Part shown: positions 35,401-44,170 of the stretch, piece by piece
Position numbering within the stretch: position 1 is the stretch's first letter
Layout: each line of letters begins with the position of its first letter
DNA from: a virus
Taxonomy: Duplodnaviria; Heunggongvirae; Uroviricota; Caudoviricetes
IMG/VR virus record: IMGVR_UViG_3300045988_137643
Span: 1-64,000 of that record
Strand: one strand, 5' to 3'
Length of the DNA stretch: 64,000 nt
Notes under the pieces: model-generated
Told to the model about the DNA's origin: nothing
The model's database searches: none
The model's input: the letters and a program-made list of their open reading frames with translations, nothing else
Made by a program: the position numbers and the translations under genes

Positions 35401-37146
35401 GCAAACGCTAAACAACTGGAAGTGTTGCAGTCAACGGTAGAGGAAAGCTCCGCTGCCGTTGAAGAAATGAAAAAGACGGTTGCAGAGGTCGATCGTGCCA
35501 GTGCAGAACTGACTACGAACATTGAGGCGTTAGCCAAAACAAATATTGACCTGGCTCTTCGTCAAGATGAAGACCAGCACAAGCAGATGGTCAATAACGC
35601 GAAGATCGCAACAACACAGAAAACCTTTGCTGATGATATGTCTGCAATGGCCACGAAGGTTGAGGAAATTCGCGTAGAAATTGGCGAAGACATTAAGGCC
35701 AGTATTCTGGAAGAGTCCACCGCTCGTGCCGATGGCGATGAAGCGTTGGCAAAGCGTGTCACTCAGCTGCAATCTAAGTTTGAAGGAGATATCAGCGCGG
35801 CGATTAGTACAGAGCAGGAGGCTCGTACATCTGCCGATGAAGCTCTGACGACACAGATCACTCAGCTTGAGTCGAAAGTAAGCAACGATATCGTCGCAGC
35901 TATTAAGGAAGAGCAAGAAGCCCGAGCAACGGAAGATTCGGCTCTGGCAAGCCAGATCACCCAACTACAGGCAAAGGTTGATGATGATATTTCTGCTGCA
36001 ATACGTAGTGAGCAGGAGGCTCGAGCAAGCGGGGACTCTGCATTAGCCAAACAAATAAACCAGCTTCAGTCAAAGGTTGACGGTGATATATCCGCTGCCA
36101 TCACTCAGGAGCAGGAGGCCAGGGCAAGTGCTGACCAGGCGCTCTCACGAGAAATTAACAGCCTGCGAGCACAGACCGGAACTGATATTGCCGCAGCGGT
36201 TGCTGTAGAGACAAAGGCAAGGACTGATGCCGATAGTGCATTGTCCACTCAGATTACGTCTCTTACAGCAAAAGCTAATGATCTCGAGGCATCTCTTGCC
36301 AGAGAAACAACGGCTCGTGCAGATGGTGATACCGCTTTAACAAAAGAGGTTTCAAGTTTAAAAGCACAGACTGCGAAAGATATTAGTGCGGCCGTTGCAG
36401 TTGAAACGCAGGCTCGAACTGATGCTGACTCGGCGTTGTCATCTCAGATCACCAAGCTGACCTCTCAATACAAAGAGGATATTAAAGCGGCTGTAGCAAC
36501 CGAAACGAAAACGCGTACAGAGCAAGATGCGGCACTGGCGACTCAAATCACAAACTTAGAGTCTCAAACAGCAGCCAACATTTCTGCGGCTGTCACAACT
36601 GAAACGACAGCGAGAACGCAGGCAGATAATGCTCTAAGTGGGCGAATCGATACTCTGAAAGCAGAGGTGGATGGAAATACCGCGACAATTCAACAGCAGG
36701 CAACAGCCATTGCTGATACCAACAAAAAAGTCTCAACCGCGTGGACGTTGAAAATGGAGACTTCAACGAGCGGAGGGCAGAAGTATGTTGCCGGTATTGC
36801 GCTTGGTATCGACACCACCGGTCTTTCTCAGTTTTTGGTGCAGGCGGACAGATTTGGTTTGGTCAACTCTGTTAACGGGAAGATCACCACGCCATTTGTT
36901 ATCGAAAACAGTATCGCCTATATGAATGGTGCGTATATCAAGGATGGCACAATCACCAATGCAAAAGTAGGCGATCTGCAATCTACCAATTTTGTTAGCG
37001 GTAGATCTGGATGGCGGTTCGGCAAAAATGGAACGCTTGAGATCAACGGTAATAGCGGCGGCAATGGGCGACTGGTCATAAATGGTCAGCGGATTGACGT
37101 TTATGACGATAACAACGTACTACGAGTAAGAATTGGCCTTCTGTAA
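32422..37146 (+). CDS. tail tip / host-specificity protein (lambda J-like) with C-terminal tandem-repeat region
   Basis: about 1575 aa; position after K/I-like genes; FN3-like central part; about ten ~29-aa tandem repeats near C-terminus. Confidence 0.8.
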   Translation: MEQFKKKKLPLLIAGAGGKKSKSSSRTPVEADDTVNSRAMAAILDLLGEGVIGGLVNGAKSIFIDDLPILNEDGSSNFSGITWDFRDGSQDQTPMAGFDFVETPKSVNIQLKKTHDVTVSIDNDEADRVRVIMKFPSLRSVDKSSGDTNGTTVKYKFQIANGDATFSDVVAEGEKSVDITLTAKKTGVYYRSYELKLPKPGRAYKVRVIRLTDDNSSQYLYNDTWVDSIGEIVDTPMNYPNSALVGLKVNSEQFGSTMPSRSYLVRGIKIRVPSNYNEYTNTYVGVWDGTFKLLSSSNPAWILYDLLTNTRYGLGQFVSESMIDLGQLYQIGRYCDEEVDDGFGGKEKRFAINTQITSRQDAYRLIQDIAGAFRGMVFWAGGMVNIMQDSPSDPVMMFTNSNVKDGLFTYKGSARKDRPSVALVTYNNKEDGYKQNIEYVEDQDAMRRYGERKTEVVAFGCTSRGQAHRVGLWLLYTARMESDVITFTAGLDASFLMPGETVLIQNKYRAGKRNSGRIVEFTKNSITLDAPVSLAKSGSFIRILNQEGKIVERDVLETGENITKVTFSKALSSAETPVLNGVWTITEPDLEPMRVRIVNIAQGETPGSFDITAVENNPSKYEAIDNGATLIPQNTTVLDPTYSKPSNLQITEGTYLSSPGNLSVKLTATWEGKSPEYWISWRRSDENNVSNWQSARVTEEQYEIVNVAENGRYDFQLYAVSFNGKKTEIISTVYQVLGTMTPPDAPTSLTAVGDYRNVILNWVNPDSVDLDHINVYASQTNNLDTAKLIAESASTTFTHAGLGDSETWYYWVRASNKRGMLSPPNSNLGTEATTRDVLSFLAGKITSSELGQALLEDINSKASQEAVDELNEHINQSVESLEGSVNDVKEDIAELDKQFSDNLADFEIKFNERSDALENAQTELKGEVSATIDKVNEAFEKIDATDAAIVEIENTVSEHDKALANTVEAIKAARDEAAALIAKESEARVEGDAANAKQLEVLQSTVEESSAAVEEMKKTVAEVDRASAELTTNIEALAKTNIDLALRQDEDQHKQMVNNAKIATTQKTFADDMSAMATKVEEIRVEIGEDIKASILEESTARADGDEALAKRVTQLQSKFEGDISAAISTEQEARTSADEALTTQITQLESKVSNDIVAAIKEEQEARATEDSALASQITQLQAKVDDDISAAIRSEQEARASGDSALAKQINQLQSKVDGDISAAITQEQEARASADQALSREINSLRAQTGTDIAAAVAVETKARTDADSALSTQITSLTAKANDLEASLARETTARADGDTALTKEVSSLKAQTAKDISAAVAVETQARTDADSALSSQITKLTSQYKEDIKAAVATETKTRTEQDAALATQITNLESQTAANISAAVTTETTARTQADNALSGRIDTLKAEVDGNTATIQQQATAIADTNKKVSTAWTLKMETSTSGGQKYVAGIALGIDTTGLSQFLVQADRFGLVNSVNGKITTPFVIENSIAYMNGAYIKDGTITNAKVGDLQSTNFVSGRSGWRFGKNGTLEINGNSGGNGRLVINGQRIDVYDDNNVLRVRIGLL
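35700..36680 (+). repeat. in-frame tandem repeats (~87 bp / 29 aa, about 10 copies) in J-like tail tip gene
   Basis: repeated peptide pattern EQEAR-SAD-AL---ITQLQSKV--DISAAI in translation. Confidence 0.7.
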
Positions 37147-37176
37147 TGTAGAAAAAAATATTTACATCGGTAAAAA

Positions 37177-37190
37177 TAAGTATGTACTTA
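37177..37190. promoter_or_regulatory. family B palindrome TAAGTA-TG-TACTTA upstream of tail fibre gene
   Basis: 6-bp arms. Confidence 0.55.
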
Positions 37191-37238
37191 CTTAATGGCG
37201 GGCAAGGATAGCTCGCCAAATCAAGGAGCATATTCAAC

Positions 37239-40200
37239 ATGTGGTACAGGGAAGGTACTATCACATTTACACAGGGTAGCAATACTCTGGTTGGGGTTGG
37301 GACAGCCTGGAACGTAACAGCTAATGGTGTGTTGCCGGGGATGATCGTCATTGGCCCCGACAATAAGCTGTATGAGATCAAGCGCGTAACAAGCGATACG
37401 AATATTGTTCTCTCAGAACCTTATACCGGCGAAACTCAGTCTGAAGTTCCGTGCCGAATCATTACGACCTATGAAGGCGACTTAACACAGTTTAGCGCGC
37501 GCTTTACTGCGCTAATGTCGCGTATGTCGGCTGATTCCAAGTCCATGCGCAGTTGGTTGACTGCGCTGGATGAGGTGACAATCGAGCGTGAAGACGGTAC
37601 AGAAGTGACCGTTAAGCCGCTGATGCAGATCGTCAACGAGCACAACGAAAACGTTGAGTGGTATAAAAATAACACCGATGCGATTGACGCTGCTGGCGAC
37701 AAAGCTCGTGAGGCGGCGGCCAGTGCTGCCGCAGCAGCAGAAAGCGCCAATACCGCTGGAGAAAAAGCCTCTCAAGCGTCTCAAAGTGCATCCGCTGCGG
37801 CTTCCTCACAAAGTGCTGCAAGTGCGAGTGCAACTGCTGCGAAAAAATCTGAAACAAACGCAGAATCAGCATATGTCGCGGCAGCAGAATCAGCATCTGT
37901 AGCGTCGACTAAAGCATCGGAGGCGGCCACATCTGCGTCCAGTGCCTCTGCATCTAAGGATGCGGCTAAAGCATCAGAGACTAACGCGTCATCGAGTGCA
38001 AACGCGGCGGCATCATTTGCAACAGAAGCTGAAAATTCGTCTAAGGCAGCAAAAGCGTCAGAGACAAACGCAAAAGCATCTGAAACGGCAGCCGGGCAGA
38101 GTGCATCGTCTGCAAACAGTTCGAAATCTGCGGCAGAAGCGTCAGCAAGCGCAGCCTCAGCAAGTGCGGATAGTGCTTCATCAAGTGCAACTGCGGCAGG
38201 AAAATCTGCGGAAAGCGCGTCGTCATCAGCGACAACAGCTACCGCAAAAGCGACTGAGGCGACGAATCAGGCTACAGCCGCTAAAAATTCAGCATCGGCA
38301 GCAAAATCCTCTGAAACAAATGCAAAGACTTCAGAAGACAATGCCGCTTCCTCTAAGGCTGCAGCTGCTGAATCTGCAAGTTCTGCGTCAGCATCAGCCA
38401 CCTCGGCGTCTGCTTCAAAGGATGAGGCGACCAAGCAGGCATCAGCTGCGAAGGGTAGTGCTTCAACGGCATCCACGAAAGCAACAGAGGCGGCAGGCAG
38501 TGCGACGGCTGCATCTCAGAGCAAAACTGCTGCTGAATCCGCTGCGGCCCGTGCAGAAGCTGCCGCTGATCGTGCTGAAGAGATTGCCGGTGCAGTTGCG
38601 ATGGAAGACGCAAGCCTTACAACTAAAGGTGTTGTGAAACTTAGCAGTGCTGTCGATAGCACCAGCGAATCACTGGCTGCAACTCCAAAGGCAGTTAAAG
38701 CTGCGAATGACAATGCGAATAGCCGATTGGCGAAGAACCAGAATGGTGCTGATATACCAGGTAAGGATACCTTCACGAAAAATATTGGCGCTGGGCGAGC
38801 ATTTGGAGGCTCTGTAAGCACAACAGCAGGAAACTGGACTACGGCACAGTTTGTCGAATGGTTGGACTCTCAAGGGGCGTTTAATCATCCGTACTGGATG
38901 TGTAAAGGCTCATGGTCGTATGGCAACAACAAAATCATTACTGATACTGGTTGTGGCGATATTCATCTTGCCGGGGCAGTAATTGAGGTAATGGGGATAA
39001 AGTCCGCAATGACGATCCGCGTTACCACACCAACAACATCTAGCGGTGGTGGTACTGCTAACGCTCAATTTACTTATATTAACCACGGGACAGATTATTC
39101 TCCAGGCTGGCGACGAGACTACAATACAAAATACAAACCTACGCCATCGGATATAGGTGCATTATCAACATCAGGAGGGACGGTTTCAGGTCCGTTGTCT
39201 GTTACTGGTGGATTAACTGGTTCATTGAATGGCAATGCGAGTACCGCCACGAAATTGCAGACTGCAAGAACTATCGGCGGCGTGGCCTTCGATGGATCTG
39301 CGAACATAAATTTGCCTGGTGTAAACACGGCAGGTAATCAGAGCACTACTGGTAATGCCGCAACCGCTACAAAACTTCAAACGGCAAGAACGATTGGTGG
39401 CGTTTCATTTAACGGAACTGCCAACATCGACTTGCCCGGAGTTAACAAAGCTGGCAACCAAAGCACCACAGGTAATGCTGCTACAGCTACTAAATTGCAG
39501 ACAGCAAGAACCATCGGTGGTGTTAGCTTCGATGGCACTGCGAATATTAATTTGCCTGGTGTTAATGCTGCCGGTAATCAGAACACTACCGGTAACGCGG
39601 CCACAGCGACCAAGTTGCAAACTGCTAGAACTATTAACGGGGTGTCGTTTAACGGCTCTGCGAATATTTCAATACCAACAATTACGTCCAGAGGACGCGT
39701 TACTGCGCTCACAGGTACAACACAAGGTGCTGCGACTGGATTGCAGATGTACGAGGCATATAACAATGGCTACCCTTCGACTTACGGGAATGTGCTTCAT
39801 CTTAAGGGCGCAACGGCCGTTGGTGAAGGTGAGTTGTTCATAGGTTGGAGCGGTACAAGTGGCGCTCATGCACCTGTACATGTACGTTCGCGACGAGATA
39901 CGGATACATCCAGTTGGTCTGAATGGGCGCAAGTTTATACGTCCAAAGACTCAATTCCAGGTGTCAATGCCACCGGTAATCAGAACACTACTGGCAACGC
40001 AGCCTCTGCAACGAAGTTGCAGACAGCCAGAACAATTGGAGGTGTGTCGTTTAATGGTACCGCCAATATTAACTTGCCGGGTGTTAATATAGCGGGTAAT
40101 CAGAATACGACTGGTAACGCAGCTTCAGCCACGAAGTTACAAACGGCTCGTACTATCGGTGGTGTTAGTTTTAACGGTACAGCCAATATTAACTTACCTG

Positions 40201-40895
40201 GTGTGAATACGACCGGTAATCAGAACACTACTGGTAATGCTGCAACCGCCACAAAATTGCAGACAGCAAGGAAAATTGCTGGTGTGGCGTTTGATGGCTC
40301 TGCCGATATTACTTTGACTGCGGCTAACCTTAATGCTTATACGAAAACTGAGGTAACAAACCTTCTAAGTTCCTATGCAAGCAGATCATCACTGACAGGC
40401 TATAGTGGCAACCTGGATATTATCGCTGAAACACTGGTTGTCAAATCAGGCGGTAGTGGAGGGTTTGCTATATGGGATATTGGCACAACTACTAGCGGTG
40501 CCAATATGTACATTGATCCAAACCCAGGTATCAATACAGTTTGGCGTTCAACATCTTCAAGGCGCTATAAAAAGGATATTGAAACATTACAAGATCGATA
40601 TGCTGATGAACTTTTGTCATTAAGACCTGTTTGGTATCGTTCAATTTGTCGAGGTGACCGAAAGGATTGGGGGTATTACGGCCTTATTGCTGAAGAGGTT
40701 GGTGAGATTGCCCCGCAATATGTCCATTGGCGTGAACCAACAAATAATGATTCTCCAGAAGATATTTCCTCAAATGGTATGGTCGCTGAAGGGGTGATGT
40801 ATGAGCGTTTGGTTGTACCACTCATTCATCATATTCAGCAATTGACCAAAAGGGTTGAGGAGCTTGAAACGAAGTTAAATTCACCTAAAGAATAA
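37239..40895 (+). CDS. tail fibre protein with C-terminal intramolecular-chaperone (peptidase S74-like) domain
   Basis: Ala/Ser-rich N-terminal region, eight ~39-aa tandem repeats (GNQNTTGNAATATKLQTARTIGGVSFNGTANINLPGVN), C-terminal SSRRYKKDIE...LRPVWYR segment typical of self-cleaving chaperone domains. Confidence 0.8.
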   Translation: MWYREGTITFTQGSNTLVGVGTAWNVTANGVLPGMIVIGPDNKLYEIKRVTSDTNIVLSEPYTGETQSEVPCRIITTYEGDLTQFSARFTALMSRMSADSKSMRSWLTALDEVTIEREDGTEVTVKPLMQIVNEHNENVEWYKNNTDAIDAAGDKAREAAASAAAAAESANTAGEKASQASQSASAAASSQSAASASATAAKKSETNAESAYVAAAESASVASTKASEAATSASSASASKDAAKASETNASSSANAAASFATEAENSSKAAKASETNAKASETAAGQSASSANSSKSAAEASASAASASADSASSSATAAGKSAESASSSATTATAKATEATNQATAAKNSASAAKSSETNAKTSEDNAASSKAAAAESASSASASATSASASKDEATKQASAAKGSASTASTKATEAAGSATAASQSKTAAESAAARAEAAADRAEEIAGAVAMEDASLTTKGVVKLSSAVDSTSESLAATPKAVKAANDNANSRLAKNQNGADIPGKDTFTKNIGAGRAFGGSVSTTAGNWTTAQFVEWLDSQGAFNHPYWMCKGSWSYGNNKIITDTGCGDIHLAGAVIEVMGIKSAMTIRVTTPTTSSGGGTANAQFTYINHGTDYSPGWRRDYNTKYKPTPSDIGALSTSGGTVSGPLSVTGGLTGSLNGNASTATKLQTARTIGGVAFDGSANINLPGVNTAGNQSTTGNAATATKLQTARTIGGVSFNGTANIDLPGVNKAGNQSTTGNAATATKLQTARTIGGVSFDGTANINLPGVNAAGNQNTTGNAATATKLQTARTINGVSFNGSANISIPTITSRGRVTALTGTTQGAATGLQMYEAYNNGYPSTYGNVLHLKGATAVGEGELFIGWSGTSGAHAPVHVRSRRDTDTSSWSEWAQVYTSKDSIPGVNATGNQNTTGNAASATKLQTARTIGGVSFNGTANINLPGVNIAGNQNTTGNAASATKLQTARTIGGVSFNGTANINLPGVNTTGNQNTTGNAATATKLQTARKIAGVAFDGSADITLTAANLNAYTKTEVTNLLSSYASRSSLTGYSGNLDIIAETLVVKSGGSGGFAIWDIGTTTSGANMYIDPNPGINTVWRSTSSRRYKKDIETLQDRYADELLSLRPVWYRSICRGDRKDWGYYGLIAEEVGEIAPQYVHWREPTNNDSPEDISSNGMVAEGVMYERLVVPLIHHIQQLTKRVEELETKLNSPKE
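39231..40320 (+). repeat. in-frame tandem repeats (~117 bp / 39 aa, 8 copies, one interrupted) in tail fibre gene
   Basis: GNQNTTGNAATATKLQTARTIGGVSFNGTANINLPGVN repeated with minor variation. Confidence 0.75.
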
Positions 40896-40955
40896 ACAAC
40901 TTCAATCGGGGCTGGAACTAAACCAGCCCCTGCTTAAAAGTATAAGGATATATTT

Positions 40956-41210
40956 ATGAGCTATGGTGCACAGGTTTGGTCGCCATCAAGACAGGAGATG
41001 GTCGATGCGTTGGCCCCTGTTTATTACCTCGATTATTTTACTCCCTCTGGTTCTGGAAGTAGAACATATGATGTTGAGGCGGGATTGGGAATCGACTATT
41101 ACATAATGGACGTAACCAATGGGAAATACACAAGTCTTACGGTTTCTGGAAATACCATTTCATGGTCTGGAGCTAGTGGTAATTTAAACATATTGGTTTT
41201 TCAAAAATAA
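40956..41210 (+). CDS. hypothetical protein
   Basis: ORF track; downstream of fibre gene. Confidence 0.4.
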   Translation: MSYGAQVWSPSRQEMVDALAPVYYLDYFTPSGSGSRTYDVEAGLGIDYYIMDVTNGKYTSLTVSGNTISWSGASGNLNILVFQK

Positions 41211-41818
41211 TGTACGGAAGCAAGATATATCGATCTGACGGGAAGGTCTGGATGTCTCCTTCTTTGTCTCCTATCGTTTTTCAGAGAAAGCAGGTTGTTT
41301 CTTTATCCGGCGGGACAGAGTTTAACACCCAAATATCTCCAGATCGTTCACCGATGATTTTTGTTGCCTATTCGAAAGCTGTTTCATTAATAGCCAACAG
41401 AATAGTGCGTAACAACCAGGTGATTTACAGTTTCGGAGGTCAGGGTAGCGACTCTAGTGCCACGATATACGTATTTTCGAAAGGTATAGCCAAAAAAGAA
41501 ACTTGGGGCATGAGTTTTTTCAATGCACAAGGGGAGGAAATCTATAATACGGCAAATATCCCACTTTCATTTACCTTTCTTAATAATACGGAGTGGAACA
41601 GCTCTGGAGGGCATGTTTTTGATTACCCACCAGCGATAATCCCAACATATGCGAATGTGTTCGCTGTTCCAGTACCGGGCGGAGCCATGACAATGGTTTA
41701 TGGATATGCGGCATATGGAAATACTGTTAGCTCGATATTCGTAAACCAACTTAATGGCGGCCATAGTTTTAGCGTAAATGGCAGAGTACCGGTAATAAAT
41801 AGAAATCTGTATAACTGA
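41210..41818 (+). CDS. hypothetical protein, possible fibre-associated component
   Basis: ORF track; TAATG start/stop overlap with upstream ORF. Confidence 0.45.
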   Translation: MYGSKIYRSDGKVWMSPSLSPIVFQRKQVVSLSGGTEFNTQISPDRSPMIFVAYSKAVSLIANRIVRNNQVIYSFGGQGSDSSATIYVFSKGIAKKETWGMSFFNAQGEEIYNTANIPLSFTFLNNTEWNSSGGHVFDYPPAIIPTYANVFAVPVPGGAMTMVYGYAAYGNTVSSIFVNQLNGGHSFSVNGRVPVINRNLYN

Positions 41819-41825
41819 TGAGTAA

Positions 41826-42059
41826 ATGATGAAAAGATTATTTCTAACAATAGCTGTTGTTCTCTCTCTTACTGGCTGCCAGAAATTGCCGACACCTATA
41901 TGTTATGGTGAGGCTATCATTGGTGGACAGGAGACAGTCATACCTATATATGCTGTTAAAAAGGTTAACGGCTATACCTTATACAAAGCGGGTAGCATCT
42001 ATAACTGGCGATGGGTTGGAGTAGGTGCTTTCTCATCTGTGCGTTGCAATGCTGAATGA
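41826..42059 (+). CDS. small lipoprotein
   Basis: signal peptide with lipobox LTGC (MMKRLFLTIAVVLSLTGC); sits directly after the fibre genes. Confidence 0.55.
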   Translation: MMKRLFLTIAVVLSLTGCQKLPTPICYGEAIIGGQETVIPIYAVKKVNGYTLYKAGSIYNWRWVGVGAFSSVRCNAE

Positions 42060-42128
42060 TAAGTAAGTACACACCTACAACAAGAAGGTGAAATGTGATA
42101 TAAATCCGCCATCCCGATTTGACTTTTC

Positions 42129-42464
42129 ATGGAGGAAAACATGTCGAACGAGATGGCGGGCGTTACAACAGAGCAAGTTGAGCGTATTGCCGCGATCGTT
42201 GCTCGGGAGGTTGTTGGCAAATTAGGCAAAGAGCTACGTGAAGAAATTGGCCAGGAGGTCAATGATCAGCTGAAAACCTACTTTGGTGATATGACCCCGG
42301 CGCAACATAGTATTCAACACTCCAACCTGGACAAGCTCCTTAACCGGTTAGATTCCATCTCCAGTGGGTTCTTTGGCGGCATTGTTTCTAAAATAACGTC
42401 GTTCATTATTACCGCACTGCTTTTGGGGTTAGCCGCGTATGGCGTAAAAAATGGACTGCAATAA
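42129..42464 (+). CDS. membrane protein of lysis cassette (holin-like?)
   Basis: single C-terminal hydrophobic helix; position upstream of spanin genes. Confidence 0.4.
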   Translation: MEENMSNEMAGVTTEQVERIAAIVAREVVGKLGKELREEIGQEVNDQLKTYFGDMTPAQHSIQHSNLDKLLNRLDSISSGFFGGIVSKITSFIITALLLGLAAYGVKNGLQ

Positions 42465-42477
42465 CAGGAGATCAAGG

Positions 42478-43170
42478 ATGAAGACTCCGAGAGGCATTCG
42501 TAATAATAACCCCGGTAATCTTGATAAAGGATCACCGTGGCAAGGTCTGGTTGCGAATCCAGACGAACCGCGCTTTTGCACGTTTAAAGACCCTGTTTGG
42601 GGGATTCGTGCGCTGGCGGTGACTCTAATTACCTACCACGACAAACGTCGCGCAAAAGACGGCTCAAGTATCGATACCATTCGTGAAGTTATTGAACGTT
42701 GGGCACCGCCGAATGAAAACAACACTGACGCCTACATTAATGAGGTGTCTAAAGCCGTTGGTGTAACCGCAGACATGATCATCGATCTGCATGATTACGA
42801 CATCCTTCGACCTTTGGTTGAGGCAATCATTCGCCACGAGAATGGCCGGGGGCCGCTAAAAACGCTGAACACCTGGTATGCGGCAGAAGTTATTGAGGAA
42901 GGTCTGCGTCGAGCTGGCGTTGTTAAGCCGGTGAAAACCGTGAAGGCTGTTCCTGTAACTAAAGAAACAGCAGGCGCAACTGTTACAGCAGGTATTGGTC
43001 TGGCGCAACTGGCCGATGTTATGCCGCAGGTTTCCGCTGCTATGGATAAGGCACAAGGCCATATCTCTAGCGGGGATACAGTACGCATCATCTTCGGTAT
43101 TGCCACTATTGTTGTGGCCGGATTCATTGCCTGGTCGCAGGTAAGAAAACACCAGAAAGGGATGGTCTAA
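42478..43170 (+). CDS. membrane-anchored protein of lysis cassette (possible endolysin; fold not recognised)
   Basis: ATG 42478 after AGGAG RBS; C-terminal hydrophobic anchor; position immediately before the Rz-like gene. Confidence 0.35.
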   Translation: MKTPRGIRNNNPGNLDKGSPWQGLVANPDEPRFCTFKDPVWGIRALAVTLITYHDKRRAKDGSSIDTIREVIERWAPPNENNTDAYINEVSKAVGVTADMIIDLHDYDILRPLVEAIIRHENGRGPLKTLNTWYAAEVIEEGLRRAGVVKPVKTVKAVPVTKETAGATVTAGIGLAQLADVMPQVSAAMDKAQGHISSGDTVRIIFGIATIVVAGFIAWSQVRKHQKGMV

Positions 43171-43171
43171 T

Positions 43172-43423
43172 ATGCTAGGCAGCCTGATGACAAAGCTAAA
43201 AGTTGCTTTGATTACGCTGGCTGCCGTTCTTTTCGTTCTGGTCGGCGCTTACACGATGGGCGGGAATGCAGCACGACGAGCAATGGAAGAGAAGGCAAAA
43301 CAGGAAGACAGAAAACGACTTCAAAGCACAGTGGACGTCAAAAATGAAACACTTGATGAGTTACGGCGCAAGGATGCTTCTTCTGTTCATCATGAGTTGC
43401 ACAATAAGTGGTTGCGTGATTAA
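43172..43423 (+). CDS. i-spanin (Rz-like)
   Basis: N-terminal TM helix followed by charged coiled-coil-like segment; overlapping lipoprotein ORF in another frame. Confidence 0.55.
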   Translation: MLGSLMTKLKVALITLAAVLFVLVGAYTMGGNAARRAMEEKAKQEDRKRLQSTVDVKNETLDELRRKDASSVHHELHNKWLRD

Positions 43424-43574
43424 GCCTCAACCCGCTGGTGTGCTTTTCTGCGATGCGGCTACACCGCTATACATCAGTCGTGATGATCTCATGACCGAAG
43501 AGACTGAAAGAGAGGTGCTTTTTCACAATATGATAGGGGAGCGATTGTGTGGATGGGGCAGAAAATTACCATAA
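43344..43574 (+). CDS. o-spanin (Rz1-like lipoprotein), overlapping the i-spanin gene
   Basis: lipobox ISGC after hydrophobic stretch, different frame overlapping the 3' end of 43172..43423; exact start uncertain. Confidence 0.5.
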   Translation: MKHLMSYGARMLLLFIMSCTISGCVIKPQPAGVLFCDAATPLYISRDDLMTEETEREVLFHNMIGERLCGWGRKLP

Positions 43575-43750
43575 CAGAAGTGGAGTTTTCTAACATAAAA
43601 TTTGCATATTATTAGAGCACAAGGTAGATTTAAGGCACGGGTGTCAAGTAAATCATCCGTTGCTTTAAAGCTGCGAAGCATTATCGTAGCCTCTAAATCC
43701 CTTTGGGGTCGCCGCAATAACATACACTTGTTAACGGCTAAGGTGGAAAC

Positions 43751-44170
43751 ATGCTAAATTATCATGACAATACGCGTTCTATGCAGACGATCCGCACCAA
43801 TACTGCGGTTATCGACAGCTTTCCTATGCGTATTCACAACAGTGAAGACGCAGTAGAAGTGCGACGTATGTTGTGCCGTGAATCAGCTAACCGCCAGCAC
43901 TTCATCGTCACTTTTAAGAGCGATGTGGCGCGTGCCGAAAAGATCTCTAATTCTACGTCACTGGTTAAACCGTTGGCCGAGGTTGTCGCTAACGGTAAAC
44001 GAACCTCTTTTGTTTTAGATGTTGCTGAACAATATCCTGACTTGAAGTGTTTAGATCGTGATATTTCTTCACGAATCAAACAAGTTGTAGAGTCTTTTAT
44101 GAAGAAATTCTGTAAAATCGATGATATGGAACCATCAACGGCACAGAATACTTCATGGCACCATCTCTAA
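43751..44170 (+). CDS. hypothetical protein
   Basis: ORF track; overlaps downstream gene by 16 nt. Confidence 0.45.
   Translation: MLNYHDNTRSMQTIRTNTAVIDSFPMRIHNSEDAVEVRRMLCRESANRQHFIVTFKSDVARAEKISNSTSLVKPLAEVVANGKRTSFVLDVAEQYPDLKCLDRDISSRIKQVVESFMKKFCKIDDMEPSTAQNTSWHHL

Noticed and set aside
35010-38888. Antisense or shifted ORFs within the J-like and tail-fibre genes (for example 35010..35537, 35530..35964, 37942..38637, 38516..38821)
   Set aside because: Arise from Ala/Ser-rich and tandem-repeat coding sequence; low-complexity products; no independent start signals.
42478-43170. Confident endolysin call for the protein upstream of the spanins
   Set aside because: Position fits, but I could not recognise a lysozyme, amidase or transglycosylase motif by eye; kept as a low-confidence membrane-anchored lysis-cassette protein.
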